From Paramoeba atlantica (taxonomy: Eukaryota > Protista > Discosea): a stretch of 64,000 nucleotides of DNA. Within the stretch, counting starts at the first letter, position 1. The number at the start of each line of letters is the position of its first letter. This document shows, one piece after another, positions 13,772 to 24,954 of this stretch. Below the pieces are notes generated by a model. The model made no database searches, was not told where the DNA came from, and worked only from the letters and a program-made list of their open reading frames with translations. The stretch covers positions 124,001 through 188,000 of the forward strand of contig CDRNVI010000178.1 in the NCBI GenBank assembly GCA_977017575.1, given 5' to 3'. Both the position numbers and the translations under genes were made by a program.

Positions 13772-14097
13772 GGTATGATGGCTTAGTTGATAAAACAGCT
13801 ATTGCTTTAATTCAAGGTTGTAGGTTCAAATTCTAAAGAGGAAAATATTAAAAACATTATTTTTTCTTCCTACTCACTTGAATATGAAAAACAAAACAGA
13901 TTATTCTCTGCCTTGTCTGCTAAAAAGCAGAAAATAAATTTCCAAAGAAGGAGTTTAAGTGAATTAAAGGTCTTTGAACCATTTGAACCATTTGAACCTA
14001 AAGAAATGAAACTCTATCCTTGTTATTTTTAACCTTAAAAATTAGTGGCTTTGGGTTAAGCCATCACCTAATAAAGTCTAGTGTTAAAAAGAAAAAA
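13772..14097 (+). mobile_element. tRNA-derived SINE family 1
   Basis: Same family, head-to-head with the previous copy. Confidence 0.85.
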
Positions 14098-14239
14098 CCT
14101 TAACTATTGAGATTGATCTTGGATCCAATTTTGTTTGTGTAGTTGTTTTTAATTCTTTAATCTTTCTAGAATTGAGAAGGAGTGCCTGAATATAAGCCCC
14201 ATTTCAGCCTTTGATTACTGGATATTTAATTGTTTTATT

Positions 14240-14700
14240 ATTTATCAATTGTTGAAATTCAATGTGTCTTTCATCAAAGTTAAGAACAGCACTGATTTTT
14301 AACAAAAATGAAGTTCCAAAGATAATATCTAATGAAAGATCATCAAATACAACAAATCAGTACCTTTTTCTTCTTCCAGAGATGTTAATTTCTAGGAAAA
14401 CTTCCTTAATTGGCAATACTGATGATTTGTTAGCCAAGAAGATGTAATTTCCTCTGTAAAGTCTTTGAAGTTTAGGAATTGCTTTGTTCAGAAATATTCT
14501 TATCCTGCAAACTCCAGAATTACATAGTGTTTGTGTATTGATATTATTAACCATGTAAGGAATAGTGAATAATTTATTTTTTATTTGGTAAATTTCAAGA
14601 TTTAAGTCTCTGACTAAGTTACCAATAGAGATTGTGAAACCTTTTTCATCCATTTTGATCATTACTTTATGGTTCTGCTGCCCAATATTATGAGTAAAAA
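14240..14700 (-). pseudogene. Decayed gypsy aspartic protease
   Basis: QTLCNSGVC...FVVFDDLSLDIIFGTSFLLKISAVLNFD retropepsin pattern. Confidence 0.65.
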
Positions 14701-15245
14701 ATTAACAAACCATTTCCTTGATTTCTGAGCTCATCCAAAGTCATTTTTCCAGTCACCAAATCTTGAAGAGTATTCTTCAATTTTCTTCTCTTTTCTTTTT
14801 CCTTCTCTTGAGGGACTTCTCTTCCTCTTTTCCCTAGAAGTTTCTTATTCCAATCAACAAATTTCATACAATTGTATTTTCAAGCTGCAGACTCACCATA
14901 ACAAGTCACAAATGATCTTCCACAAGTTTAATTTTTCTTTTTGTTATAAATTTCACAACACTTAACCAAAGACACTCTAAGCTCTTATGGTCACATCTTC
15001 CATAAAGAAAACAGTATTCCCTTCTAAGGTGGTTAATACCTTTTTATTTCAATTCATTCAGAATATAACATTTTTTAGGGAAATAACTACTCTAATAAAA
15101 GAAGCAGGTAATAAATCTTTCTTGACCCCTCCCCAGCCTTTCCTTTGTCCTTTGGTATTCATCTGTTTTTCTCATAAACAATTTGTTTAGACCCTAAGGA
15201 TTCACCACAACTTGGATGAATTTGTTGGAATAAGCTGAGTGGTTG

Positions 15246-15394
15246 TTTTTTTTTTCTTTTTAACACTGGACTTTATTAGGTGATGGTTTAACCCAAAGCC
15301 ACTAATTTTTTAAGGTTAAAAATAATGAGGATAAAGTTTCACCTCTTTAAATTCAAATGGTTCAAAGACCTTTAATTCACTTAAACTCCTTCTC
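15246..15394 (-). mobile_element. SINE family 1, 5'-truncated
   Basis: Matches the 3' ~150 bp of the family including the A tail. Confidence 0.8.
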
Positions 15395-15422
15395 AGTTAA
15401 AAAAAACCCTTAGGAAACATCT

Positions 15423-16277
15423 AAAAGACCAAAAAATTCATCTGAATCAATACTTTGATCAAAGCCAAGTGTTCCATTTGGACACCAACCTGACTATACC
15501 ACCTCTTCATTGAGTGCCCCCTCTGTAGGGTGAACCATCTTACAAGCCTTACTTATACTGTGGAGATCATTTGGAAACAAGGAGAAGATGCCATCAACAA
15601 GCTTTTTGAAGAAGAGCAACAAAGCCTTAGTCTTGAGAAAAATCAAATTGTGATCACAAACACAAAGAAGTATGAAGGAATGAAATTTATTTACAAAAAA
15701 GAAACACCAACTAATGAATGGATCTCTAAGGAAAAAGATGAAATTGCTGAAACAGAGAGTGAGGAGGAAGGAATGAGCAATGGCTCTGAAATGCAAGGTA
15801 AGAATGAACAAGGAAAGAGGGAAGTGAACGAATAGAAAAGAAGGGATGAAGATGGTGATAGAGATATAATTATAATTGGAGGGAGAGAAGCTAACAGTGA
15901 GGAAGAAAACAAGGAGAAAGGGAAGAGTGATAGGTCAGTTACAGTGAAAATCCCTTTGGAAGGAGGAATGATTGAAGAAATGAGTTTTGGTATGAGTGAG
16001 GAAGCTTGAGTGTGGCTGGGGAATCTCTCAACCAAATTCAGGTAAAAGTAGGAAATGAAAGAACTTAAAAAAATGGTTACAAATCTTGAAAACAGGGAAT
16101 ATGAATTATCAAACGAAAAGCTTCAACAAGTTTTGATTGAAGTAATTAAATTTATTATTTCAAACATATCTAAATTTAGGAAGAGACCATGACAATTATC
16201 AGCTGAAGAAACAAGGGAAATAATTGATAAAGGTAAGGAAAAAGTGAGGCAAAGCAAAAAGAAATTGAAAGGTGAGA
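15423..16277 (+). mobile_element. Retroposed LINE ORF1-like fragment with TSD
   Basis: Homologous to 17042-17510; flanked by a 24-bp duplication AAAAAAAACCYTTAGGAAACATCT (15399-15422 / 16278-16301). Confidence 0.6.
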
Positions 16278-16616
16278 AAAAAAAACCTTTAGGAAACATC
16301 TGAGGGTTCTTTTTTACTGATATCTTCCCTTTCTCAAGTTAGCTGTGGTAGAAGACCACTCCACAGGGAGCTGAGCATATCTGCTGATAGCTTTCAACTT
16401 ACTCTATCCAATTATGTCTTCTAGAAGCTCTGACTTGTCTTTCAGCAGAGTTGCTAGAGAAAATGCTAATTTAGCACTACTATTTTTGAAAAAAGCAGTC
16501 CCAGGTATGAACCAAACAATTGCTAAGCTTTGAAAGATGATTGATATTAAGAATGCCTCCCTTTCCACTTGCCTTGCTACTAAACTCAACCCATCTCTCA
16601 TCAAAGGAGTCAGAGT

Positions 16617-17510
16617 ATGCTCCCTTTTTCCAATAGGAGCTTTTGCCTTATTCTTACCTTTCCCAACTTCCTGAGAGCTATTGAAAGCCAAACCAACCTC
16701 AAGGGAAGCATTAGAGTGGAGGCAAGGGCCAAACACTATGCCATCCTTGCCCACAAGGAGGAAGATATTCTCACAATCCAATCTACTATTGAAGAGAAAG
16801 GAAACCTGATTGCCAACCAACTTGAAAGTTCTTGTATCTGGAGAATCAATCATGGTGCTCATTTGTGGGGGATCAAGATCAAACTCCCCTTTCAAGTCTC
16901 AGAGAATGAATGGATTTACAATTTATTCAATGGAAAGAACTGTCTTCCCTCTCTCAATCTTAAAGAAGTGGTATGAGTCTTGGATGACTACATCATCATC
17001 TTCTACAAGTCCATCCTCCTCTCTCTAATCCATCTTATTGCCTTGATCAAAGCCAAGTGTTCCATTTGAACACCAATCCAACCATATCACCTCCTTATTG
17101 AGTGCCCCCTCTGTGGGGTGAACTATCTTGCAAGTCTTACTTGTACTGTGGAGATCATTCGGAAACAAGGTGAAGATGCCATTAGCAAGCTTTTTGAAGA
17201 AGAGCAACAAAGCTCTAGTCTTGAGAAAGACCAAATTGTGATCACAAACACAAAGAAGTATGAAGGAATGAAATTTATTTATGAAAAAGAAACACCAATT
17301 GATGAACAGGTTCTCAAGGAAAAAAATGAAATTGCTGAAACAGAAAGTGAGGAGGAAGGAATGAGCAATGGCTCTGAAATGTAAGGTAAGAATGAACAAG
17401 AAAAGAGGGAAGTGAATGAACAGAAAAGAAGGGATGAGGATGGTGATAGAGATATAATTATAATTGGAGGGAGAGAAGCTAACAGTGAGGAAGAAAACAA
17501 GGAAAAAGAG
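16617..17510 (+). pseudogene. LINE ORF1 (gag-like) remnant with CCHC knuckles
   Basis: One frame with stops: KCSI*TP..YHLLIECPLCGVNYLASLTC followed by an acidic tail. Confidence 0.5.
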
Positions 17511-17523
17511 AAGAAATAATTGT

Positions 17524-17820
17524 GACATGATGGTTTAGTTGGTAAAACAGCTATTGCTTCAATTTGGGGTTGTAGGTTCAAATTCCAAAGAGGAAAATAT
17601 TAAAAATATTATTTTCTCTTCCTACTCACTTGAATGTGAAAAATGGAACAGATTATTCTCTGCCCTGTTTGCTAAAAAGCAGAGAATAAATTCCCTGAAA
17701 AGGAGTTTAAGTGAATTAAAGGTCTTTGGATCATTTGAACCTAAAGAAGTGAAATTCTATCCTTATTATCTTTAACCTTAAAAAATAACACTGAACTTTA
17801 TTAGGTGATTTAACCAAAGG
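17524..17820 (+). mobile_element. SINE family 1 with inverted terminal segment
   Basis: Normal body to ~17785, then the reverse complement of the family 3' end. Confidence 0.75.
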
Positions 17821-18530
17821 ATTTTCAATCCTTTCATCAAAAAAGCAAAATCAAAGGAGATGAAAACCTTTCTTTGAGTTTCAAAGGGAATCTCTTGGAA
17901 GTAACAATCCAAGTAGAAATGTATTCAACATGCAATCATGTGATTGGATGTGAAAAGATGGCCTTGAAAACAAATCCCACTTCCTTCAAACTCAAGAACA
18001 CCATGGTTTCCTTCACTTTTCTCAATTTTTAAATTTCAAATTTTTGATTAGATTTGCTTTGATAAGTTTTCCTAAAAAATGTTTAATTCTTGTAAAATCT
18101 CACAAGCACTTTGAAAGTGGCCCATTTTTCTCAAACTTCTCAAGTTTTTTACCTTGCTTGCCTGCTCCACAAATTACATTTGAGATATTTAGCCACTACT
18201 CCTTTTTAAAATTTTTCAACAACAAAAAAATTCAAAAAGTTTCTCAAATTGAACTTTTTGAAATGTTGAAATAAAAAAAGAGTATTTTTGCTTTTCCATA
18301 AAAAAAAAAGTTTTTATAGAAAAAGTTTTAAATCTTCAATAAAACTAAAAAATCTTTTTCACAAAGAGTTTAATTCATTTGAAATATTTAGTTACCACTT
18401 CTTTCTAAAATTTTTCAATAATAAAAAAATTCAAAAAATTCCTTAAATTGAACTTTTTAAAGTGTTGAAATGAAAAAAGAGTATTTTTGCTTCCCTACAA
18501 AAAAAAGTTTTTTTATGGAAAAAGGTTTCA
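17820..18530 (-). repeat. Dispersed copy of the 199-bp repeat block and unique flank found at 55850-56727
   Basis: Reverse complement alignment over ~700 bp; unit spacing 199 bp. Confidence 0.85.
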
Positions 18531-18627
18531 ACCCTTTCTTTCCTCAGTTTTCCACTTTTATTTTCTTTTTTTCCTTTCCACAATAAAGTGTTTATATTGC
18601 AATTTTAAGCTTCAAAATGGTTCAGTT

Positions 18628-19253
18628 TGTGAGGAGGGGAGCAGGATCAACAGAGAAAACAAGAGAAAAGAAAGAGAAACAGAAACTCTGGATCAAAACC
18701 TTTATGGGAAAGATCCCCAGCCAACACAAACAGAACAAGAAAACAACAACAAAGAAACAAAAAAGCAAGAAGAAGAACAACAAAAAGAATCACAACTGAG
18801 AAAAGCACAGAATCACCGAAACTCAACTCAAATCAGAATCCCAAGTCTATACAGCAACCAAAGAAGGAAGAAAGCAACAAAAAATGATGACAACAAAAGA
18901 AAAGAACAGAAAGCAAGCAAGGCAAGCCAAAAGATCACAAAGGAAAGCAAAGAGAGAGAGAGAGAGCAACAAGAAAGCAGAAAGAAAGCAGAAAGTGGCA
19001 AAGCGGCAAGAAAAGGGGGGCAAAAACACGAACGCAAAAACTGAATAAAAAGAGCGCTAAAAATCTTGTGATTTTAGCTAAAATCACAATAAAATGGCAC
19101 GCGGCTGTCTGTGAGGCTCAGGGCTCTCCAAAAGGACCAAAACTCATGATAAAAGGCATCAAGGAAGCTCAGGGAAGGCTCAGGGAGGCTCAAGGAACTG
19201 AAAAGGCACTGAAAGGCACAACTTCTGTGTTGGAAGCAGGTCTCACCCCAACA
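18628..19253 (-). mobile_element. Solo LTR of the young chromovirus family
   Basis: Homologous to 40336-40960; TG...CA ends; 4-bp TSD AGTT. Confidence 0.95.
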
Positions 19254-19652
19254 AGTTCATTATTGTTTCAAATGCAATGTCTCTTTTCATAGAAGTTGTT
19301 TATCAAAAGAAAAGATTTGTTCAGCAAAATGTTTCCTCCAACCATTTTTCTAGAATCAAAACTCAGACTTCATCAAGTTGAAACCTACAACCCTAACACA
19401 ATTTGTCTTTGGAAAGAAAGATGTTTATTATCAATGCTTTTTTTCTAAGGAGGAAGATTACTTATTTTCCACAATCAATTTTGGTTCAGTGGACAGGATT
19501 GAATAAGACACATTTTCCCTTTCCTAAGTGGATTGAAAAGCGTTTAATTATTGTGATTGCAATGCAGCATTTTGCTCAAGTTATATTAAATACTTAAATT
19601 ATTATGGTGGTTCTTATATGGATTTTTTTAAGTGAATATTGTGGTAAATTGT

Positions 19653-19971
19653 GGCATAATGGCTTAGTTGGTAAAACAGCTATTGCTTCAATTTGGGGTT
19701 GTAGGTTTAAATCCCAAAGAGGAAAATATTAAAAACATTATTTTTTCTTCCTGTTCACTTGAATGTAAAAAATAGAATAGGTTATCCTCTGCCCTGTTTG
19801 CTAAAAAGCAGAGAATAAATTCCCTGAAAAGGAGTTTAAGTGAATTAAAGGTCTTTGAACCATTTGAACCTAAAGAAGTGAAACTCGATCCTTGTTATTT
19901 TTAATCTTAAAAAATTAGTAGTTTTGGGTTAAGCCATCACCTAATAAAGTCCAGTGTTAAAAAGAAAAAAA
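19653..19971 (+). mobile_element. SINE family 1
   Basis: Full head and A-rich tail. Confidence 0.85.
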
Positions 19972-19988
19972 CATTGATTTTGCTTCTT

Positions 19989-20304
19989 AGTGATTTGATT
20001 GGAGTGAGGAGCTTTTGAAGAAGTGTGAAAATCAGAACAGGTTACATCTCAGCCCTGTCTGCTAAAAAGTTGAGAATAAATTCTCTTGGAAGGAGCTTTG
20101 GATTATTCTCCCTTCTAATGTGCATTTTCCAGTCTAAACTTACAGAAGTTCTAAAGTTCAGCATAAAGACTGATTGAACTAAGCTAAAGTTTAAAACTTT
20201 ACCTCTTATTAAAGGTTAAAAACAAACATAATTTAATGTAATTCAAATGGTTTAGATTAAGAACTACTAATTGAATAAAATCTACCTCAAAAGGAAAAAA
20301 AAAA
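19989..20304 (+). mobile_element. SINE family 2, 5'-truncated
   Basis: Matches 27360-27689; A tail. Confidence 0.8.
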
Positions 20305-20655
20305 GTTTTTCAATATTTTAGAAAATTTTTCTGATGCTGTAGAGTGATTTGATTGAAGTGAAGAGCTTTTGAAGAAGTGTGAAAATCAGAACAGGTTACA
20401 TTTCAGCCCTGTTTGCTAAAAAGTTGAGGATAAATTCTCTTGAAAAGAGTTTTAAATTATTTTCCCTTTTAATATGCATTCTCCAGCCTGAACTTATAAA
20501 AGTTCTAAAGTTCAGCATCAAGACTGACTAAACTAAACTGAAGTTTAAAACTTCACTTCTTGTTAAAGGTTAAAAACAAATATAATTTAATGTAATTCAA
20601 ATGGCTTAGATTAAAAACTACTAATTGAATAAAGTCTGCCTCAAAAAAAAAAAAA
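20305..20655 (+). mobile_element. SINE family 2, 5'-truncated, tandem with previous copy
   Basis: Matches 27335-27689; poly(A). Confidence 0.8.
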
Positions 20656-20729
20656 GGTTTGAAAATCATCTTGTTTATTTATGATTTGTGAATTATTCAC
20701 ACCTTTCCAATGTGAAATTTCAAATGGGG

Positions 20730-21290
20730 TTTCTTGATTGTTGCTCTGGTTAGTTGTTCAGTTTAATTACAAAATCAAAAATTAAAAAAAACACCAAACT
20801 TGTCACCAATTATCTTGTTGGAGTCTTTAATATTTCTAAGGAGTTCAATTATTGTGATTACAATGCAACATTTTGTTCAGGTTATATTGAATACTCAAAT
20901 TATTGTGGTGGTTCCTATGTGGATTTTTTGAAGCAAACATTGTGGTTGGCATGAGTCTCCCCCATCTTCAAAACCACAATAAAAGTGGACACAAACTCAC
21001 CTCAAATTGACTATAAGAAAAACAAATATTTCAACTTTAGTGGACAAACAAAAAAGGAAATTACTTTTTTTTTATTAGTTTGCTGGAAAGTCAACTTAAG
21101 AATTGGTGAGTCTTCAATTTACCACCCTCAGTTTTGGATTTGAGAAGAGGTTTTTGAAGAAAGTTTCTTTTGGTATTTGAATCTCAGAAAATTACAGAAT
21201 TTGCAAAACAATAAAATTTTTTCTCCCCTTTTAAGGCCTCTTATCTTTAACAAAAAAAAACCACTTGTTGGTCAAGTTGAAATCTTCTGT
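20730..21290 (+). pseudogene. Fragment of an unknown multicopy gene
   Basis: Homologous to 53410-53960 (minus): ILKLLWWF..GFFE.N..VGMSLP.F.T.IKVDTNSPQIDYKKNK; a shorter piece lies at ~19530-19645. Confidence 0.6.
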
Positions 21291-21296
21291 ATAACA

Positions 21297-23617
21297 AGAG
21301 TTTTTATCAAGCCCATGGGACTTATTCTGTACCCAGCAATTTTTCAACAAGAAAGAGTGAGTTAGGGCACTAAAATAAACAATGGTATTCTTGGTGTCAC
21401 TTTTAGAAAGTTAAAATTTTTATTTAAAATAGAATATAGTCCTCTAAATTTTTGTTAGCTTTACTCTTTCATTTTCTATCTCTCTCTTCCTCATTTTTGG
21501 ATTGCTTTTCCTTTCTCCAAAACTTCTCTTCTTCACTATTTTCACTTTTCTCTTCACTTTTATCTTCTTCAACACTTGCAAGTTCCTCTAATTTATAATC
21601 AAATCCAGGGTACTCCAGGAGCCTCCATCCAGATTGGTCCTTGCATACAGATGGGATGGAAAACAAGGAGTAGAAATAAGATGGGGTGTCAGCAAGCCAA
21701 ACATCCATTGTATCCATCATGAGGTTCTTCCTTTCATTCTCTATCAGTTCAGTGAAGTTTTTCATTATCTCTTTTAAACTCTTGTCTTCACTCTCATCTT
21801 CACTCTCATCTTCTTTCCTCTCATCTTCTTTGCTCTCATCTTCCTCCTCTTCACCACAATTTTTTTTCTTTCTGTTTTAATGAAGGACTTTCACCAATTC
21901 TTTGTTTGTCAGCACAATTGAGTGGATTGGAATCAAGTGTCTTTGCTGTTGTTTCAGTTTGGTCTCTTCAACATCTGCCACTATCAGGGTGGCCAAAGGT
22001 TTGCTTGGATCAACTGGTGAAATCCTGCTGAAGGCAAAGGAACTCTCAATATTTTCCTCAAAACATGCAAAATACAGAGAATGATGGCATTCACAAAGAA
22101 TTTGTTCCTGTTGCTCATTCTTTGTGGCCCATTGATTTTTTTCCACCTCTTCTTAAGTTCACTTTTGAAAACTTTGAAGACTGTCTGATCAAGTGGCTGG
22201 AGAAGGTGTGATGTGTGAGATGGCATTGTAAGCACAACAACATTGTTTTTTCACAACAATTCAATAGTTTCAGGATTTCCACTCTTTGTGATTTTATCTA
22301 AGAGAAGAGGCCAATTCTTTAAAGGGAAAACCACCCCAGGAACATTATAACTTCTATTAGCCTAAATAAATTGAAGTAAAATGATGTGTTCCTTATTTTG
22401 AATTACCTTTTTGACAACTCTCTTCTTATCATGTGGTGAGATCACTTGAAACTTTTGTGTTCCTGGAGCAACCATTGTTTTATCAAAATTCAACAGAAAC
22501 TTCAAATCAATGGATTTAAAGAGTTTTTGATGTTTTTCAAACCACTCAGTAATAACTTTTTTTGAAATGATCTGTTCTTCTACAACTATTTGAGGAAAAA
22601 TGCTTTGAATTGTTTGTGCAATGGCCCAAGAAAGACCAAAGTGATGTAAGAGTTTTCATTCTATCTTTTGTGCCATGAGTATAAGTTTGTTTCAGGTTGG
22701 GTATTCAAGTAGATTCACTTGGATAATTTGATCAATCAAATCTTGCTTTTGATTGAGATTGAGGTAGGTGGGTTGTCTTCTCTTTCCAATCTCATGATCT
22801 TCCCTCATCACTTGCAATGCTCACCTGATTTTTAGTTTTGGAATATCAAAAATAATTTCTGCTGCTCTTTGAGAAAGCAAGTTCTTCTAACAACATAAAG
22901 CTGCTTTTTTAACTGATGAGAATTTAATAAATTCTCTTTTGCCCTTGATTTTTTCATGAAAAATTTTTGGATCAAAGTTTTGTGAAGAAACATAAAGCTT
23001 CTTTTTAATTGTGGCATGATGGCTTAGTTGGTAAAACAGCTATTGCTTCAATTTGGGGTTGCAGGTTCAAATTCCAAAGAGGAAAATATTAAAAATATTA
23101 TTTTCTCTTCCTGCTCACTTGAATGTGAAAAACAGAACAGATTATTCTCTGCCCTGTCTACTAAAAAGCAGAGAATAAATTCTCTGAAAAGAAGTTTAAG
23201 TGAATTAAAGGTCTTTGGACCATTTGAACCTAAAGAGGTGAAACTCTATCCTTATTATCTTTAACCTTAAAAAATTAGTGGCTTTAGGTTAGACCATCAC
23301 TTAATAAAGTCCAGTGTTAAAAAGAAGAAACATAAAGCTTCCTATAAGAAAAAGAGGGTTACTTTCCTACATTAACAGTCTCCTCATAAAATTTTATCTG
23401 ATTCCATTTCTTTTTCATCAAACCAATAGTTTCCTCAAAGATTTCACTTTCATACTGTTTCTATAGAAAATGGCAACTGACAATAAAAATAAATTCCAAA
23501 AAAAGGATAACTATGATAACACCAAGAACATCATTATTTATTTTAGTACCCTAATTCACTCTTTCTTGTTGAAAATTGCTGGGTACAGAATAAGTCCTAT
23601 GGGCCTGATATAACCCT
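21297..23617 (-). mobile_element. pogo/Tigger-like (DDE_1) DNA transposon, decayed
   Basis: ~100-bp TIRs (21297-21398 / 23519-23617); N-terminal HTH-like region; NFDKT, LLLD and MPSHTSHLLQPLDQTVFKVFK motifs. Confidence 0.85.
23002..23323 (+). mobile_element. SINE family 1 inserted in the pogo transposase
   Basis: Perfect 18-bp TSD GAAGAAACATAAAGCTTC (22984-23001 / 23324-23341). Confidence 0.92.
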
Positions 23618-23762
23618 TAGATTTTAGCTTTAGTTTCAGTTCCTCAACCACTTGATAATAATGTAGCTAAGAAAGTTTGTATCAAAACTTGATTCTTATT
23701 TAAGTTATCCTTTTTCCAACTTACTTTTCAACTTTCTAAGGTTATCTTCAATCCTCTCCCAC

Positions 23763-23955
23763 TGTTAGGTTGTGAGAGTGTTTCAACTCTTCTTATTGAA
23801 GATGCTTTTCAATTTGGTGTTGTTTTGTTATTTCTTTTATGTTTTCCTGATTAAGAAGTGTTTTGTTTTGCTTAAATTTGTGTTTCATCACAAATTTGAT
23901 TTGTATTGCTTTTGTTGTGCTTTAAACAGAAGTTGTAGAAAACATAGTAAATTTG
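23763..23955 (+). repeat. LTR (5' part) of gypsy family 2
   Basis: Starts TGTTAGGTTGTGAGAG; ~190 bp homologous to the reverse complement of 28190-28380; 3' end unresolved. Confidence 0.7.
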
Positions 23956-24039
23956 TTCTCAAATGTTGAAAACAGGAGTTTTTAGTATTATTACTTGTTT
24001 GAAGCAATTTCTGAAGATTCAAAGTTAAATCTTTAGAGA

Positions 24040-24876
24040 ATGGATTACTTTACTATGGGTGTTTCTAATATTATTACATTTTTGTTTCAAGATAATCTTG
24101 GTGCTGAGTGGCAAGAAAAAATTCATGTAGCTGCAAAGGATGTGAAACAAAAACCTTTTAAGAAAATCAAGCCATTTATGAATTGGCTTGAGATGTATTT
24201 AAAGGTATTGAATATAGAACTTGATTCAGTTGATGCAAAGAGTATTCTGTATCATGCTCTGATTTCAAAATATTGTGATGTTTTTGAAAGTAAGTTTAAA
24301 AATTTTAATCTTAACAAAACACCTTGGTGTTCTCTAGAAGAATATGACTTTCAAACAGAATTATTTTACAGTTTTGCAAATGTAAGTTCTGGATCTGGGG
24401 GCTTGAGGAAGTGTTATTATTGTGGAAAACATGGTTATGTTCAAAGCAATTGTCCATCTCAGAGATTGAAGAGTCCATCTGAGAAAATTTCATCTGAGAG
24501 AGTCCCATTTGAGAAAAGAGTGCCTTATGAGAAACAAACTTTATTACAGGAAGGAAAATGTTTTAACTGTCAGAAAACTGGACATATGATGAGAGATTGT
24601 TCTGAAAAGAAGTCAATGATTGATTTGGGGGGTGGAAACTCTCCAGTAAATTTATCAAATTATTTGAAAGAAAAATTTGATTCTGATTTGTTCTTGAGTA
24701 AGGTTGAACTTGCTTTTGAGAAATTTGATGGTAGTATTCCTATTTGTTCTCCAGCAATAATGATTTTGTGTTGTGACTATAAATTATGGAAAGGTTTGGA
24801 GGGTGAAGTTGGAATAGGTAAAACTAATTTGATAGGGATTGGGGGTAAATCATTTAATTTAATGAAATTTAAATAG
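24040..24876 (+). CDS. gag: gypsy gag with two zinc knuckles, running into a degenerate protease
   Basis: 278-aa ORF; CYYCGKHGYVQSNC and CFNCQKTGHMMRDC. Confidence 0.8.
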   Translation: MDYFTMGVSNIITFLFQDNLGAEWQEKIHVAAKDVKQKPFKKIKPFMNWLEMYLKVLNIELDSVDAKSILYHALISKYCDVFESKFKNFNLNKTPWCSLEEYDFQTELFYSFANVSSGSGGLRKCYYCGKHGYVQSNCPSQRLKSPSEKISSERVPFEKRVPYEKQTLLQEGKCFNCQKTGHMMRDCSEKKSMIDLGGGNSPVNLSNYLKEKFDSDLFLSKVELAFEKFDGSIPICSPAIMILCCDYKLWKGLEGEVGIGKTNLIGIGGKSFNLMKFK

Positions 24877-24954
24877 GTTTATGGGTATACTCTTATCTAT
24901 TAAGTGAAAATTAAAATCTGGAGGAATGTTATATTGGGTGGAAATCAAATTGTA

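Noticed and set aside
13655-13850. Genuine tRNA genes at the SINE heads
   Set aside because: A and B boxes are present, but there is no pairing acceptor 3' strand or clear anticodon arm, and each continues into a shared body and A tail.
23028-23264. Repeated 78-aa ORF MVKQLLLQFG... as a protein family
   Set aside because: It lies entirely within SINE family 1, uses a non-ATG start and is broken in other copies.
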